Of a DNA stretch of 64,000 nt, positions 46,483 through 55,567 are shown one piece after another. The stretch spans positions 1,280,001 to 1,344,000 of the forward strand of contig OZ223236.1 of NCBI GenBank assembly GCA_965140445.1. The letters are read 5' to 3'. This DNA comes from Candidatus Ozemobacteraceae bacterium (GTDB lineage Bacteria > Muiribacteriota > Ozemobacteria > Ozemobacterales > Ozemobacteraceae). Made by a program: the position numbers and the translations under genes. Below the pieces are notes generated by a model, which worked only from the letters and a program-made list of their open reading frames with translations, was not told the origin of the DNA and made no database searches. The stretch's first letter is position 1, and every line of letters begins with the position of its first letter.

Positions 46483-47463
46483 TTACTTTGAACCAAGAGT
46501 TGCTACCATAACAGCTTTAATTGTGTGAAGTCTGTTTTCAGCCTGATCAAATACCCTTGAATATTTGCTTTCAAATACTTCGTCAGTAACTTCCATTGCT
46601 CCAACTTCTTTAGAAACTTCTGTTTCATTGTTGTGGAAAGCAGGAAGACAATGCAGGAAGAGAGGATTTTCTTTTCCAGTCTGTTTGATCATTTTCATAT
46701 TAACCTGATATGGGGTAAGGAGCTTAATTCTGTTAGCCATTTCAGCTTCTTCGCCCATGCTGGCCCAAACATCAGTGTAAAGGACGTCAGCGCCCTTCAC
46801 GCCTTTGGCTACGTTATCAGTAACAACGATTTTTCCACCAGTTTCGGCAGCGATTTTTTCAACTTCTTTTACAAGAGCTTTTTCTGGGAAAAGGCTCTTA
46901 GGAGATACGATGCGGCATTCCATACCCATTTTGGCGCAGCCAATCATGAGGGAGTTAGCCATGTTGTTGCGGCCATCTCCAACGTAGGCAAAAGTAATGC
47001 CTTTGAGAGTGCCGAAATGTTCTTCAATTGTAAGAAGGTCAGCAAGGATCTGAGTTGGGTGATACTGGTCAGTGAGACCGTTCCATACTGGAACTCCAGA
47101 ATATTTGGCGAGAGTTTCTACTGTTTCATGTTTGAAACCTCTAAACTGAATGCCATCAAACATTCTGCCAAGAACTCTTGCGGTATCAGCAACGGTTTCT
47201 TTTTTCCCAATCTGAATGTCGCCTTTGCCAAGATACTCTGGATGAGCGCCTTCATCATAGCAGGCCACAACAAAAGCACATCTGGTTCTGGTTGAAGGTT
47301 TTTCAAAAATGAGAGCAATGTTTTTGCCTTCAAGGTTTCTTGGTTTGATTCCAGCGTATTTAAGCGCTTTCAAATCTGCTGAAAGCTTGAGTAAATAGCG
47401 GATTTCGTCCGGTGTAAAATCTTTAAGAGTGAGGAAACTTCTTCCAACTAAATTAAATGCCAT
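46483..47463 (-). CDS. argF: Ornithine carbamoyltransferase
   Basis: [26 protein letters not shown] and QAENRLH motifs. Anabolic versus catabolic (arcB) role cannot be resolved from sequence. Confidence 0.92.
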   Translation of the reverse strand: MAFNLVGRSFLTLKDFTPDEIRYLLKLSADLKALKYAGIKPRNLEGKNIALIFEKPSTRTRCAFVVACYDEGAHPEYLGKGDIQIGKKETVADTARVLGRMFDGIQFRGFKHETVETLAKYSGVPVWNGLTDQYHPTQILADLLTIEEHFGTLKGITFAYVGDGRNNMANSLMIGCAKMGMECRIVSPKSLFPEKALVKEVEKIAAETGGKIVVTDNVAKGVKGADVLYTDVWASMGEEAEMANRIKLLTPYQVNMKMIKQTGKENPLFLHCLPAFHNNETEVSKEVGAMEVTDEVFESKYSRVFDQAENRLHTIKAVMVATLGSK

Positions 47464-47589
47464 AAAAACCCCTTTCCTGAGGAAAAATAAACTTCTTTAT
47501 GAGCTAAATTTTTAGCACCAGTAAGGTTTTAATGCAACTTTTATGTACACAAAAAGTAAGAAAATTTTTAAAACAATCTTCGGAAGGAA

Positions 47590-50500
47590 TTATTCGGTTC
47601 TTTTTGCCTCAAAGACGCCGTGACAAAGCACAGCAAACCCGCAGTTCTCACATGGCGCATTTACTGATGGCAACCAGCTTTGTTCGTTCCTTATTGCCCT
47701 TACCGCTTTGGTTACTTCTTTTTCGAATCTGCTTATGTCAGGTTCGATTGGAATCAAAGACAATTTGGATTCATTTAGATAAGCGATATTCGCAGAAGGA
47801 AAGTTTAGACTCCCGGGATCACCTATTACTCCGCGCTGAGAAGCGATAAGATAGAAAGCCATTTGTGTTGCATATTTTTGGTGGGCAATGGCTGAATATT
47901 CACGGGTTTTAAAGTCTATGATTTTGATCCCGCTTTCATTGCGGTCGACTCTGTCAACAAAACCCCTCATCAAAAATGGAACGCCGTCGCATTCAAATCT
48001 GACGTTAATTTCTGCTTCAAAGAGCCATGGTTTTTGTGATGATAACTCCGAGTTCATGTAAACCTGAGCAATGCTGTTTGCTCTATTGCGAGCTGCCAGT
48101 CCCATTTCTCCATAGAGTGGAATTAATTGGGAAAGTATTTCGCCGGCTTTGGCAGACTTTTGCGACGGACTTAGCTCATGACCGTTATTTGAATGAAAGA
48201 TTCGAATGGTTTCATGGACAAGAGTTCCAGCTGTAGATGAGAATGAAGGTCTGTTTTCAGAAAATGATTTAATGTGTTGTGTAGTAAAATAGTATTTTCG
48301 CGGGCAGGACTTGAAGATGTTAAAGTCTTGTAGAGAGTAAGTTTCCAGCAATTTTTCACCAGCTTTGGCAAGGCCAAAGTCAGTGTGAATAAATTCAGAA
48401 ATAGCTTTGACACTTTCGGTAAGAGCTTCTGTATCAATTGCAGGCAAATCTTGTGTGACGGTTTCTATCTGTGGGGCTGGAGATTGTCCGTCTTTTAGCC
48501 AGCCAGCTATTACTTCAGGCCATTCATTAAGTTCGCGTATTTGTCCAATGTTTGGCGAAATCTGCAATATCTCTCGAATCAGAGCCAGAGGTTGAAGTGG
48601 CTTTTTAGAGTCAGGTTCTTCCATAAAACTATGTTCAAGCTTGCCGCAAGGAATCAGAAGTTCTTCGGCTCTGGTAAAAGCGACATAAAGACGCCTTTTT
48701 TCTTCTTCTTCTTCAGCCAATTTTTCAGCTTCGAAATATTTGTGCAAAGAAGATGTTTCAGGTAATTTTGAATTTTGCTCAGGAAACACCATCAGGCCGT
48801 TTTCTCTGGTGAAAAACAGGCTTCCGCTGCGTCTATAGCGTCTTGCTTTTAAGAACGGGCAGAACACAACTGGAAACTCGAGGCCCTTGGATTTATGGAT
48901 CGTCATAATTTTGACTGCATCGCCTTCTTCTAACCCCAGTCCCGCTTCGTCTTCTTCAATTCCTGAATCCAGGATTTTTTCAACGTATTTCAGGAAATCG
49001 CGTATGGTAGTAAAAATGCCATTTTGCTCAAATGAGCGAACAATTCCGAGAAACTTGTTGAGATTGTTTTCCATGCGCATTCTTTTGAGATCGGACTCCT
49101 GAGAAGCTGAATACTCATAAAAACCAGCTTGCTCAAGGATTTTGTGGCATAGCTCAAGAAGGCTCATTTTGTGACTTACCGACTTTAAATGAGTATATAG
49201 TTTTCGAAAGTGGAGCGCATTTATTGGTAGTTCGTCTTCTGGTAAAGCCAGAAGATGAGGAAGCAGTGGAGTGTCTCCATGTCGCCCGGCAAGTGATAAA
49301 GAGGCAAGGTCGGAATCAGAAAGCCCATAAATCGGTCCGGTTAGAATCTTTATAAGTGCATGATCTTCATTCGGTTGAACAAGTATTCGCAGGAAAGCAA
49401 TTACCTCATTGATTTCACTTCTGGCATAGAAGCCTAGCCCACCAGACATAACATAAGGTATTTTGCGCTCAGACAGTGCGTCTTCCAGCTCTTTAGGGAG
49501 TGCTTTTATACTTGACGCGATGATGGCAATATCACCGAATTTAATGGTCTTTCCTGATTTTTTAAGTTCCAGACGCTGGTCAACCATTTGCTTTATCATT
49601 TCGGCCAGATTCTGGCAAATTTGTTCATCAGACTTGTCTTCATCCCAGGTCAGACAGCATATAGGGTTTTGCCGGGGGGAGCTGCCCAGTCTGGCATTTT
49701 GCGGGTAGAAAGCTTGCTGAGTTATGCTTCCCATTTTCAGGAAACTGTCGGCCAGCTCCAGAATTTCTGAATATGAACGGAAGTTATCACCCAAAAGAAC
49801 ATCTGTATCAGCGGGAAAACCTCTAAAAGTTTGAACTTCTGCACCCTGAAACCTGTAGATGCTTTGTTTTTCATCACCAACAACGGTTATGTGCCCGTTT
49901 CTGTTGTCCGTAAACAGTTGAACAATTCCGAATTGCTCGGGGTTGTTATCCTGAAACTCATCAATGAGAAAAACTCTTTTTTCGGGAAGAACTTCTTCTG
50001 AGCGCATAGCTTCTATGAGGCTTTTGCCTTTAATCAGAATCTCGTCAAAATCCATAAGATTACGTTTTCTAAGTTCGGCCAGATATAGATTCAGGAATTT
50101 AAAAAGCCATTCCAGGCAGTCTTGCTCTATTTTTTCGGGGGCGTCGGGGCGATCTGCAAATTTTTGAATTGATAAGCGATAGAATTCACCCGGGCTTAAC
50201 AGGAATCGTCTTATTTTGCTTAAAGCGGAACCAAATTCCTCGATTAGTGCTTTTGCGTATTTTTCGCCAAGGGCTTTGTTACCACTAATGATTTCTTCGC
50301 CGTAAGTTTCAGCGAAGCTGTCCTTTAATTCAGCTACTAAAAGCTGTCTTGAGCTTTCTGTAATGATGGCGTCCCCTCGGTCAATTCCTGCACCGAATGG
50401 GTCTTTGCGCAGAAAATTTGATAAAAAGGAATGGAATGTGGAAACTTCCATTTTGCGCATTATGGAAGGATTCAACTTTCGTTTTTCAACCAGTCTGGTT

Positions 50501-50727
50501 TTCATTTCGGCGGCGGCTTTCTGGGTGTAAGTGATTGCCACCATTTCTTCAGGTTTTACATCGGATTCGAGTATCGCAATGACTCTGCGGGTTAGAACCT
50601 CTGTCTTTCCCGAACCGGCGCCGGCTGCGATTCTGAGGTGCCCTTCGGGCGCCGCAGAAACAGCTTGTTTCTGCTCTTCTGTGAGGCCCTCTAACAAAAT
50701 TTCGGGGATGTGGTTCTGGTCGTTCAT
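47590..50727 (-). CDS. UvrD-like SF1 helicase fused to a RecB-family PD-(D/E)XK nuclease (AdnB/AddA-like)
   Basis: AGAGSGKT, DEFQD, VGDEKQSIYRFQGA, MTIHKSKGLEF and YVAFTRA; nuclease G.VDR...IIDFKT...Q..FY; Cys motif CPRK...CENC.....C. Confidence 0.9.
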   Translation of the reverse strand: MNDQNHIPEILLEGLTEEQKQAVSAAPEGHLRIAAGAGSGKTEVLTRRVIAILESDVKPEEMVAITYTQKAAAEMKTRLVEKRKLNPSIMRKMEVSTFHSFLSNFLRKDPFGAGIDRGDAIITESSRQLLVAELKDSFAETYGEEIISGNKALGEKYAKALIEEFGSALSKIRRFLLSPGEFYRLSIQKFADRPDAPEKIEQDCLEWLFKFLNLYLAELRKRNLMDFDEILIKGKSLIEAMRSEEVLPEKRVFLIDEFQDNNPEQFGIVQLFTDNRNGHITVVGDEKQSIYRFQGAEVQTFRGFPADTDVLLGDNFRSYSEILELADSFLKMGSITQQAFYPQNARLGSSPRQNPICCLTWDEDKSDEQICQNLAEMIKQMVDQRLELKKSGKTIKFGDIAIIASSIKALPKELEDALSERKIPYVMSGGLGFYARSEINEVIAFLRILVQPNEDHALIKILTGPIYGLSDSDLASLSLAGRHGDTPLLPHLLALPEDELPINALHFRKLYTHLKSVSHKMSLLELCHKILEQAGFYEYSASQESDLKRMRMENNLNKFLGIVRSFEQNGIFTTIRDFLKYVEKILDSGIEEDEAGLGLEEGDAVKIMTIHKSKGLEFPVVFCPFLKARRYRRSGSLFFTRENGLMVFPEQNSKLPETSSLHKYFEAEKLAEEEEEKRRLYVAFTRAEELLIPCGKLEHSFMEEPDSKKPLQPLALIREILQISPNIGQIRELNEWPEVIAGWLKDGQSPAPQIETVTQDLPAIDTEALTESVKAISEFIHTDFGLAKAGEKLLETYSLQDFNIFKSCPRKYYFTTQHIKSFSENRPSFSSTAGTLVHETIRIFHSNNGHELSPSQKSAKAGEILSQLIPLYGEMGLAARNRANSIAQVYMNSELSSQKPWLFEAEINVRFECDGVPFLMRGFVDRVDRNESGIKIIDFKTREYSAIAHQKYATQMAFYLIASQRGVIGDPGSLNFPSANIAYLNESKLSLIPIEPDISRFEKEVTKAVRAIRNEQSWLPSVNAPCENCGFAVLCHGVFEAKRTE

Positions 50728-53700
50728 TGTTCTTTCCCCTTTTTCAGTGCTTCAAGGCGTTCCTCACAGAAGGGCAGGAAATCGCAGCCGGGTTTATTAT
50801 TTACCGAATGCAAACAAGTTCTTGCTTCTGGATGGTCTGTAGGAACGCAATCAAAAATTCTGTCTTCCATAATCTTTTTAAGTATTTTTTCGAGCCTATC
50901 TTCAAAGGTGGCAAAATCTGCCTCAGAAACTGGATTCCCCCAGGTTGGGCCCGTTCCCAAATTTAAAGCCGCCGCTTTAAGGTGCCCACCTTCAAAGCCT
51001 TTATACTTCTTTTTGTAAGGGTCTTTCATCGCGTAAAGCAGTATTGCTGTGGCAAATGGGTTCCCACCGGCTTTGCAGGCTAACAGATAGAGAGGAAGCT
51101 GAATCTCCATGGGCATTCCTTCTTGTGGAAACGCCAGGTCATAGACCTTCTGTGAGCTTTTATTTGATTCGGTGGTTTTGTAATCTACAACAGCGACCCC
51201 GTTATTCAACTGAACCAGCCTGTCAAAACGTCCGGAAAACCTGAACCCACGAAAATCAAAGCGAAATTTGTGTTCCACACCAATTGTAGATCTTGGAGGC
51301 ACCTGCTCCAGACTGTAAATGGCGTTGATGTAGTCAGGAAGCGCTTGAAAGATTTTTTCTGACATGCTGTGACGCTCAAAGAACTCAATTGGCTCCAGAT
51401 GCGGTTTAGAAAATTCTTCAAATAGGGCTTTTAAATCATCTTCGTCCGGAAGTTTTCCTTTGCTCCAGATGCTTTCAGGGTGATGTAGCTTCTCAAATAA
51501 ATCATGAACCGCATGTCCCATCTGAAAGTAGCTTCTTTGCATGCTTAAAGGGTCCTGAATTCTCAGAATATTCTGGAAAAAGAATTTTCGCGGGCAATCA
51601 ATATAGTTTTTGATTGAACTGGCAGAAAAGCTAAAGTCTTCTGGAACTCCAATTTGATCTATTTGTGCTGTTGAAAAGCTTCTTGGCCTGATTCCATAGA
51701 TTGAGTAATCCGCTGGAATTGGTGGAATTTCCTTCTCCAATTCATCCAGATACTGAGTTCTCTGGGGTTCTGGAATTTTGGCCAGAATAGTTCTCACTTC
51801 ACTAATGGTAAGGGGACGTTGCTCTGATTCGATTTTTTCTGGATTAAGTCCTATTTCTTTCAAAAACGGTGATGGGATTGCAATATCAGTTCCCATTCTC
51901 TCCGGATAAGAAAGAATCAGACCTTCTTTTGCTCTTGTCAGTGCCACATAGAATAAACGGCGTTCTTCTTCGAGGTGGTCATCGTAGCTTTCGGGGTAGG
52001 GGTTGAAAAATGGTATTTCACGGTCTTGTGAATCTGCTTTTTCTTTAAGTTTTCTTAGAGCCCGATCTCCAATCAAAAGATTTTCACGTTGCTTAACTGG
52101 AAACTGTTCTTCGCAAAGGCCGCTTAGGATAACTACCGGAAACTCCAGTCCTTTGGATTGGTGAACTGTCATGATTTTAATGCCAGTGTCGTTTACTGCT
52201 TGCTCTTGTTCAAGGGTGGAAGCATAGTAAGTCAGCCATTCGTCAAAATCTGGCATTAAGTCTGAAACAGTAGCTTCTCGTCCTCTTTGACGAACAAACA
52301 GCTCACAATAATCTGCAATCATGTTTCTGAAATGCAAGGCATTGCGCGCACCTTCCGAAGAAGGGTCAGCAAGAATTTGTTTTAACGCAAGTAGTAACCT
52401 GGCAAAAACTGCGCTTAACGGCTGATCGATACAGTTCTCGAGCAATTGAACTGTTGAGGCAAAAGACTGGGCCTTTATGAGATTTTCATCTTGGGTTTCA
52501 GGAATTTTGTTAAAAGTGCTTTCAGAAATTTCTGTAAGGGCTTCTGTCATTCCGTAAGTGGGTGAAAGCTGGGCGAAAACCCCTTGAACCCATAGAGGAT
52601 CAAGGCCAAATAGAGGGGAGGCAAACGAGCGCTGCAGAGCTTCATTGCGATCATTTCCATCTTGTGAGGATGCTTTTAACAGAGAAGCCAGGGTTACAAC
52701 TTCCTCAGATTTGAAAAATTTCATGTCACCGGCTATTTCAAAGGGGATATGCAAAGTTTGTAGCGACTCGGCCAGCAGATCAATTTGGAAGTTATTGCGA
52801 ACAAGAATGGCAATATCAGAGGGTTTATACTTTTTTTCACGGCCATATATGATTAGAGAGGCTACTTTTCTGGTAATTAGTCGGGCTTCCTCCAGCTCAT
52901 CTCTGGCTTTATAAAGTGTCACAAAGCCATTTTCCTGGCTGGCAGGGATCAGGTTGTCATCATCTCCAAGATTTTTGTTGAACCAATTCAATCGAGATGA
53001 GGTTTCAAGTATCTCTTTTGCACATCTGTAGTTGATTTGAAGAGGAAAAACCTTTGCCCTGAACCTTTTTTTGAATGGCCCCTCTGGAGTCATCATTTCA
53101 GGGTTAGCGCCTCGGAATCTATAAATACTTTGTCTTGGATCACCAATTACAGCGATGCGACAGTCGCTTGATGCTTCACTTAGAAGGGTGAGCAAATGAA
53201 ATTGTGCCGGATCTGTATCCTGGAACTCATCTACGATAATTACCCTGAAGCGCTCAGCATAAAGTCTGGCTACACTTTTGTTTTGAAGAGCTTTGATAGT
53301 TAGCGCAATTAAATCTCTAAAATCCAGATAGCCAGTTCTCTCTCTTTCTCTTTCATAAAGCTTGAATAGAGAAGCTACTTCTTTAAACCTTTTCTGGCTT
53401 CGTTTGTCAAAAAATCCTTCTGAAGAGGTCAAGGCATTGAATTCATCAGACGAAATAAGATTTGATTTTAAGAGTGATATGAAGGTAAGAACTTCTTGCT
53501 GGAAACCACGTTTAGTAAGGACTTGCCCATATTCAGGGTATGCCTCTGGGTCCAGTTCTGAGCAGATCTGGCTTAGCATCAGAGCTTCTTTAAAACCAGT
53601 CAGAAGCTTAAAATCAGGCTTTACCCCAACTGTGAAATACTGTTCGCGAAGGATTCTTGCACAAAAGGAATGAAATGTTGAAATCCAGCACTCGTCAAAA

Positions 53701-53939
53701 CTCTTGGGAAAATACTCTAATACTCTTGTTTTCAGCTCATTGGCGGCTTTATCCGAAAACGTTAAAGCCAGGATTTCTTTAAGTCTGATTCCTTCTTCAA
53801 GAAGCTTACCGATCAATACTGAAACCGTGCGGGTTTTTCCCGTTCCGGGGCCTGCTATAACCAGTGATGGACGGCGGAACTTTTTTACTATGTCCGCCTG
53901 TTGTTCATTTAATCTCTCTAGATCCTTTTTCAGACTCAT
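50724..53939 (-). CDS. UvrD-like SF1 helicase fused to a RecB-family PD-(D/E)XK nuclease (AdnA-like)
   Basis: AGPGTGKT, DEFQD, GDPRQSIYRFRGA, MTVHQSKGLEF and YVALTRA; nuclease GRFDR...VVDYKT...QLPLY; CPRK plus C-terminal cysteines. ATGA overlap with its partner. Confidence 0.9.
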   Translation of the reverse strand: MSLKKDLERLNEQQADIVKKFRRPSLVIAGPGTGKTRTVSVLIGKLLEEGIRLKEILALTFSDKAANELKTRVLEYFPKSFDECWISTFHSFCARILREQYFTVGVKPDFKLLTGFKEALMLSQICSELDPEAYPEYGQVLTKRGFQQEVLTFISLLKSNLISSDEFNALTSSEGFFDKRSQKRFKEVASLFKLYERERERTGYLDFRDLIALTIKALQNKSVARLYAERFRVIIVDEFQDTDPAQFHLLTLLSEASSDCRIAVIGDPRQSIYRFRGANPEMMTPEGPFKKRFRAKVFPLQINYRCAKEILETSSRLNWFNKNLGDDDNLIPASQENGFVTLYKARDELEEARLITRKVASLIIYGREKKYKPSDIAILVRNNFQIDLLAESLQTLHIPFEIAGDMKFFKSEEVVTLASLLKASSQDGNDRNEALQRSFASPLFGLDPLWVQGVFAQLSPTYGMTEALTEISESTFNKIPETQDENLIKAQSFASTVQLLENCIDQPLSAVFARLLLALKQILADPSSEGARNALHFRNMIADYCELFVRQRGREATVSDLMPDFDEWLTYYASTLEQEQAVNDTGIKIMTVHQSKGLEFPVVILSGLCEEQFPVKQRENLLIGDRALRKLKEKADSQDREIPFFNPYPESYDDHLEEERRLFYVALTRAKEGLILSYPERMGTDIAIPSPFLKEIGLNPEKIESEQRPLTISEVRTILAKIPEPQRTQYLDELEKEIPPIPADYSIYGIRPRSFSTAQIDQIGVPEDFSFSASSIKNYIDCPRKFFFQNILRIQDPLSMQRSYFQMGHAVHDLFEKLHHPESIWSKGKLPDEDDLKALFEEFSKPHLEPIEFFERHSMSEKIFQALPDYINAIYSLEQVPPRSTIGVEHKFRFDFRGFRFSGRFDRLVQLNNGVAVVDYKTTESNKSSQKVYDLAFPQEGMPMEIQLPLYLLACKAGGNPFATAILLYAMKDPYKKKYKGFEGGHLKAAALNLGTGPTWGNPVSEADFATFEDRLEKILKKIMEDRIFDCVPTDHPEARTCLHSVNNKPGCDFLPFCEERLEALKKGKEQ

Positions 53940-53942
53940 TTT

Positions 53943-54284
53943 TTACTCCGGATAAACCAGGTCAAAGTCGGATGACCCGGTAACAAAATATAAAATGCTG
54001 TGATGAATGACATCTGAAAAAAACAGGCTGAATCCAATTACTAACAGAACTTTTCTCAATGGATGTTTTTTCAAAAATGGCAGCGAACAAATAACAGCTA
54101 ATAAAATGCCAATATATCCATGGTGAATACGGATTCCAAAAGTCAATTTCCCAACAGTTGTCGCAGTGTCTCTTGTAGATTGAAGCTTAAGTCCAAATCT
54201 AAAAAAAAGAGTTATGGTCTCGATTATGGTTGTGAGAATCAGGGTTAGTTTCAGCGTTGAAAAGCTTTCAAGTTTCTTGAGCAT
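53943..54284 (-). CDS. Small hypothetical membrane protein
   Basis: 113 aa with three hydrophobic segments and RIHHGYIG and SD..HH motifs. It ends 3 bp before the helicase start. Confidence 0.7.
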   Translation of the reverse strand: MLKKLESFSTLKLTLILTTIIETITLFFRFGLKLQSTRDTATTVGKLTFGIRIHHGYIGILLAVICSLPFLKKHPLRKVLLVIGFSLFFSDVIHHSILYFVTGSSDFDLVYPE

Positions 54285-54471
54285 GGTAATGCATTATACG
54301 CAATTTTGGAGTTGGTTTAAAGCATTTCACCTAATTGTTTTGGTTAGTTCTTTTGGGCAATAAAACAGATATTGACTGTTCTGTGAAATAGTATAAATTC
54401 TAGATCGCTGTTGTAAAAAAGAAAATGAATAATGGGACTTAATGCTCGTTATTCGCAAGGAAAGGTTTGTT

Positions 54472-55503
54472 ATGGCTAAAAAAAGTTTATTAAACAGACA
54501 GGTTAAAATCCTGGAAGAATTGTCAAAAATTCCGTCTCCATCAGGTTTCACGATAAATGCTGTTGAGCATGTTAAGAAAATTGCTCAAAAGGCCGGGATA
54601 AGCGCTTCAATTACTCGAAAAGGCTCGTTGCTGGTTGGCAATCTTGAAAATCCTAAAGTCGCATTAACTGGGCATCTGGATACTCTTGGACTCATGGTTA
54701 AAGAGATTAGAGCTGATGGAAATCTGAATTTTTCCAAAATTGGTGGTCCAATTTTATCAGCTTTTGAAGGTTGTTCAGTTACAGTTTTTACTGATTCTGG
54801 GAAAGAATTCTCTGGGAGCTTGATTTTAAACAATCCTGCTTGCCACGTGAATCGCAAGGCTAATTCCGAGGAAAGAACCGAGCAAAGCATGCATATTCGC
54901 CTTGATGCTGAGGTTCGAAGCGCAAAAGATACCAAGGCGCTTGGAATAAACGTTGGAGACTTTATTGCATTTGATTCCGGGTTTGAATTTACAGAGACTG
55001 GTTTTATTAAGAGTCGGTTTCTTGATGACAAGGCTGGATGCGCTGCGATGATAGATGTATTTCTTACTCTAGGAGCTAAGGCTCTGGAAAAGATTCCTGT
55101 TATGTTTTTCTTTTCCAGTCATGAAGAAGTTGGCCATGGAGCATCTTTTGGGATTCCGGACAGTGTTGAAGAATTACTTGTTGTAGACATGGGGGTTGTC
55201 GGTGACGGGGTTGCCGGAGATGAATACTCTGTTTCAATTTGTGCCAAGGATTCCCAGACCCCTTATGATTATGAATTGCGACAACATTTAACCAGGCTGG
55301 CAAAGAAGAAAAAGATTCCTTATCAGGTCGATGTTTTTCCTCTTTATGGTTCGGATGGAACTGTGGCTTTAACCGCTGGTAAAGACTTGCGGGTGGGATT
55401 AATTGGCCCAGGGGTATCCGCATCGCATGGTAATGAAAGAACTCACGTAAAAGCCATGAATGCAACCAAAGATTTGATTCTGGAATATCTAAAAGCTCTT
55501 TAA
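54472..55503 (+). CDS. M42 family metallopeptidase
   Basis: PSPSG, GHLDTLG, SRFLDDKAG, HEEVG.G, VDMG, YGSD and SHG.ERTH motifs. Confidence 0.9.
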   Translation: MAKKSLLNRQVKILEELSKIPSPSGFTINAVEHVKKIAQKAGISASITRKGSLLVGNLENPKVALTGHLDTLGLMVKEIRADGNLNFSKIGGPILSAFEGCSVTVFTDSGKEFSGSLILNNPACHVNRKANSEERTEQSMHIRLDAEVRSAKDTKALGINVGDFIAFDSGFEFTETGFIKSRFLDDKAGCAAMIDVFLTLGAKALEKIPVMFFFSSHEEVGHGASFGIPDSVEELLVVDMGVVGDGVAGDEYSVSICAKDSQTPYDYELRQHLTRLAKKKKIPYQVDVFPLYGSDGTVALTAGKDLRVGLIGPGVSASHGNERTHVKAMNATKDLILEYLKAL

Positions 55504-55514
55504 GTAGATAGGAT

Positions 55515-55560
55515 AAAAAAAGGCCTTTTCGGGAATTCCCGAAAAGGCCTTTGCTTTGTT
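55515..55560. terminator. Bidirectional terminator formed by a perfect 34-bp palindrome
   Basis: AAAGGCCTTTTCGGGAATTCCCGAAAAGGCCTTT (55519-55552) lies between convergent genes. Confidence 0.85.
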
Positions 55561-55567
55561 TATTCAG

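Noticed and set aside
46633..47295. 220-aa plus-strand ORF
   Set aside because: It lies antisense within argF and has a Phe/Ser-rich shadow composition.
47590..53939. Cas4-like nuclease domains suggesting a CRISPR locus
   Set aside because: The four-Cys PD-(D/E)XK domains are fused to UvrD motors as in AddB/AdnAB. No repeat-spacer array or cas genes were seen.
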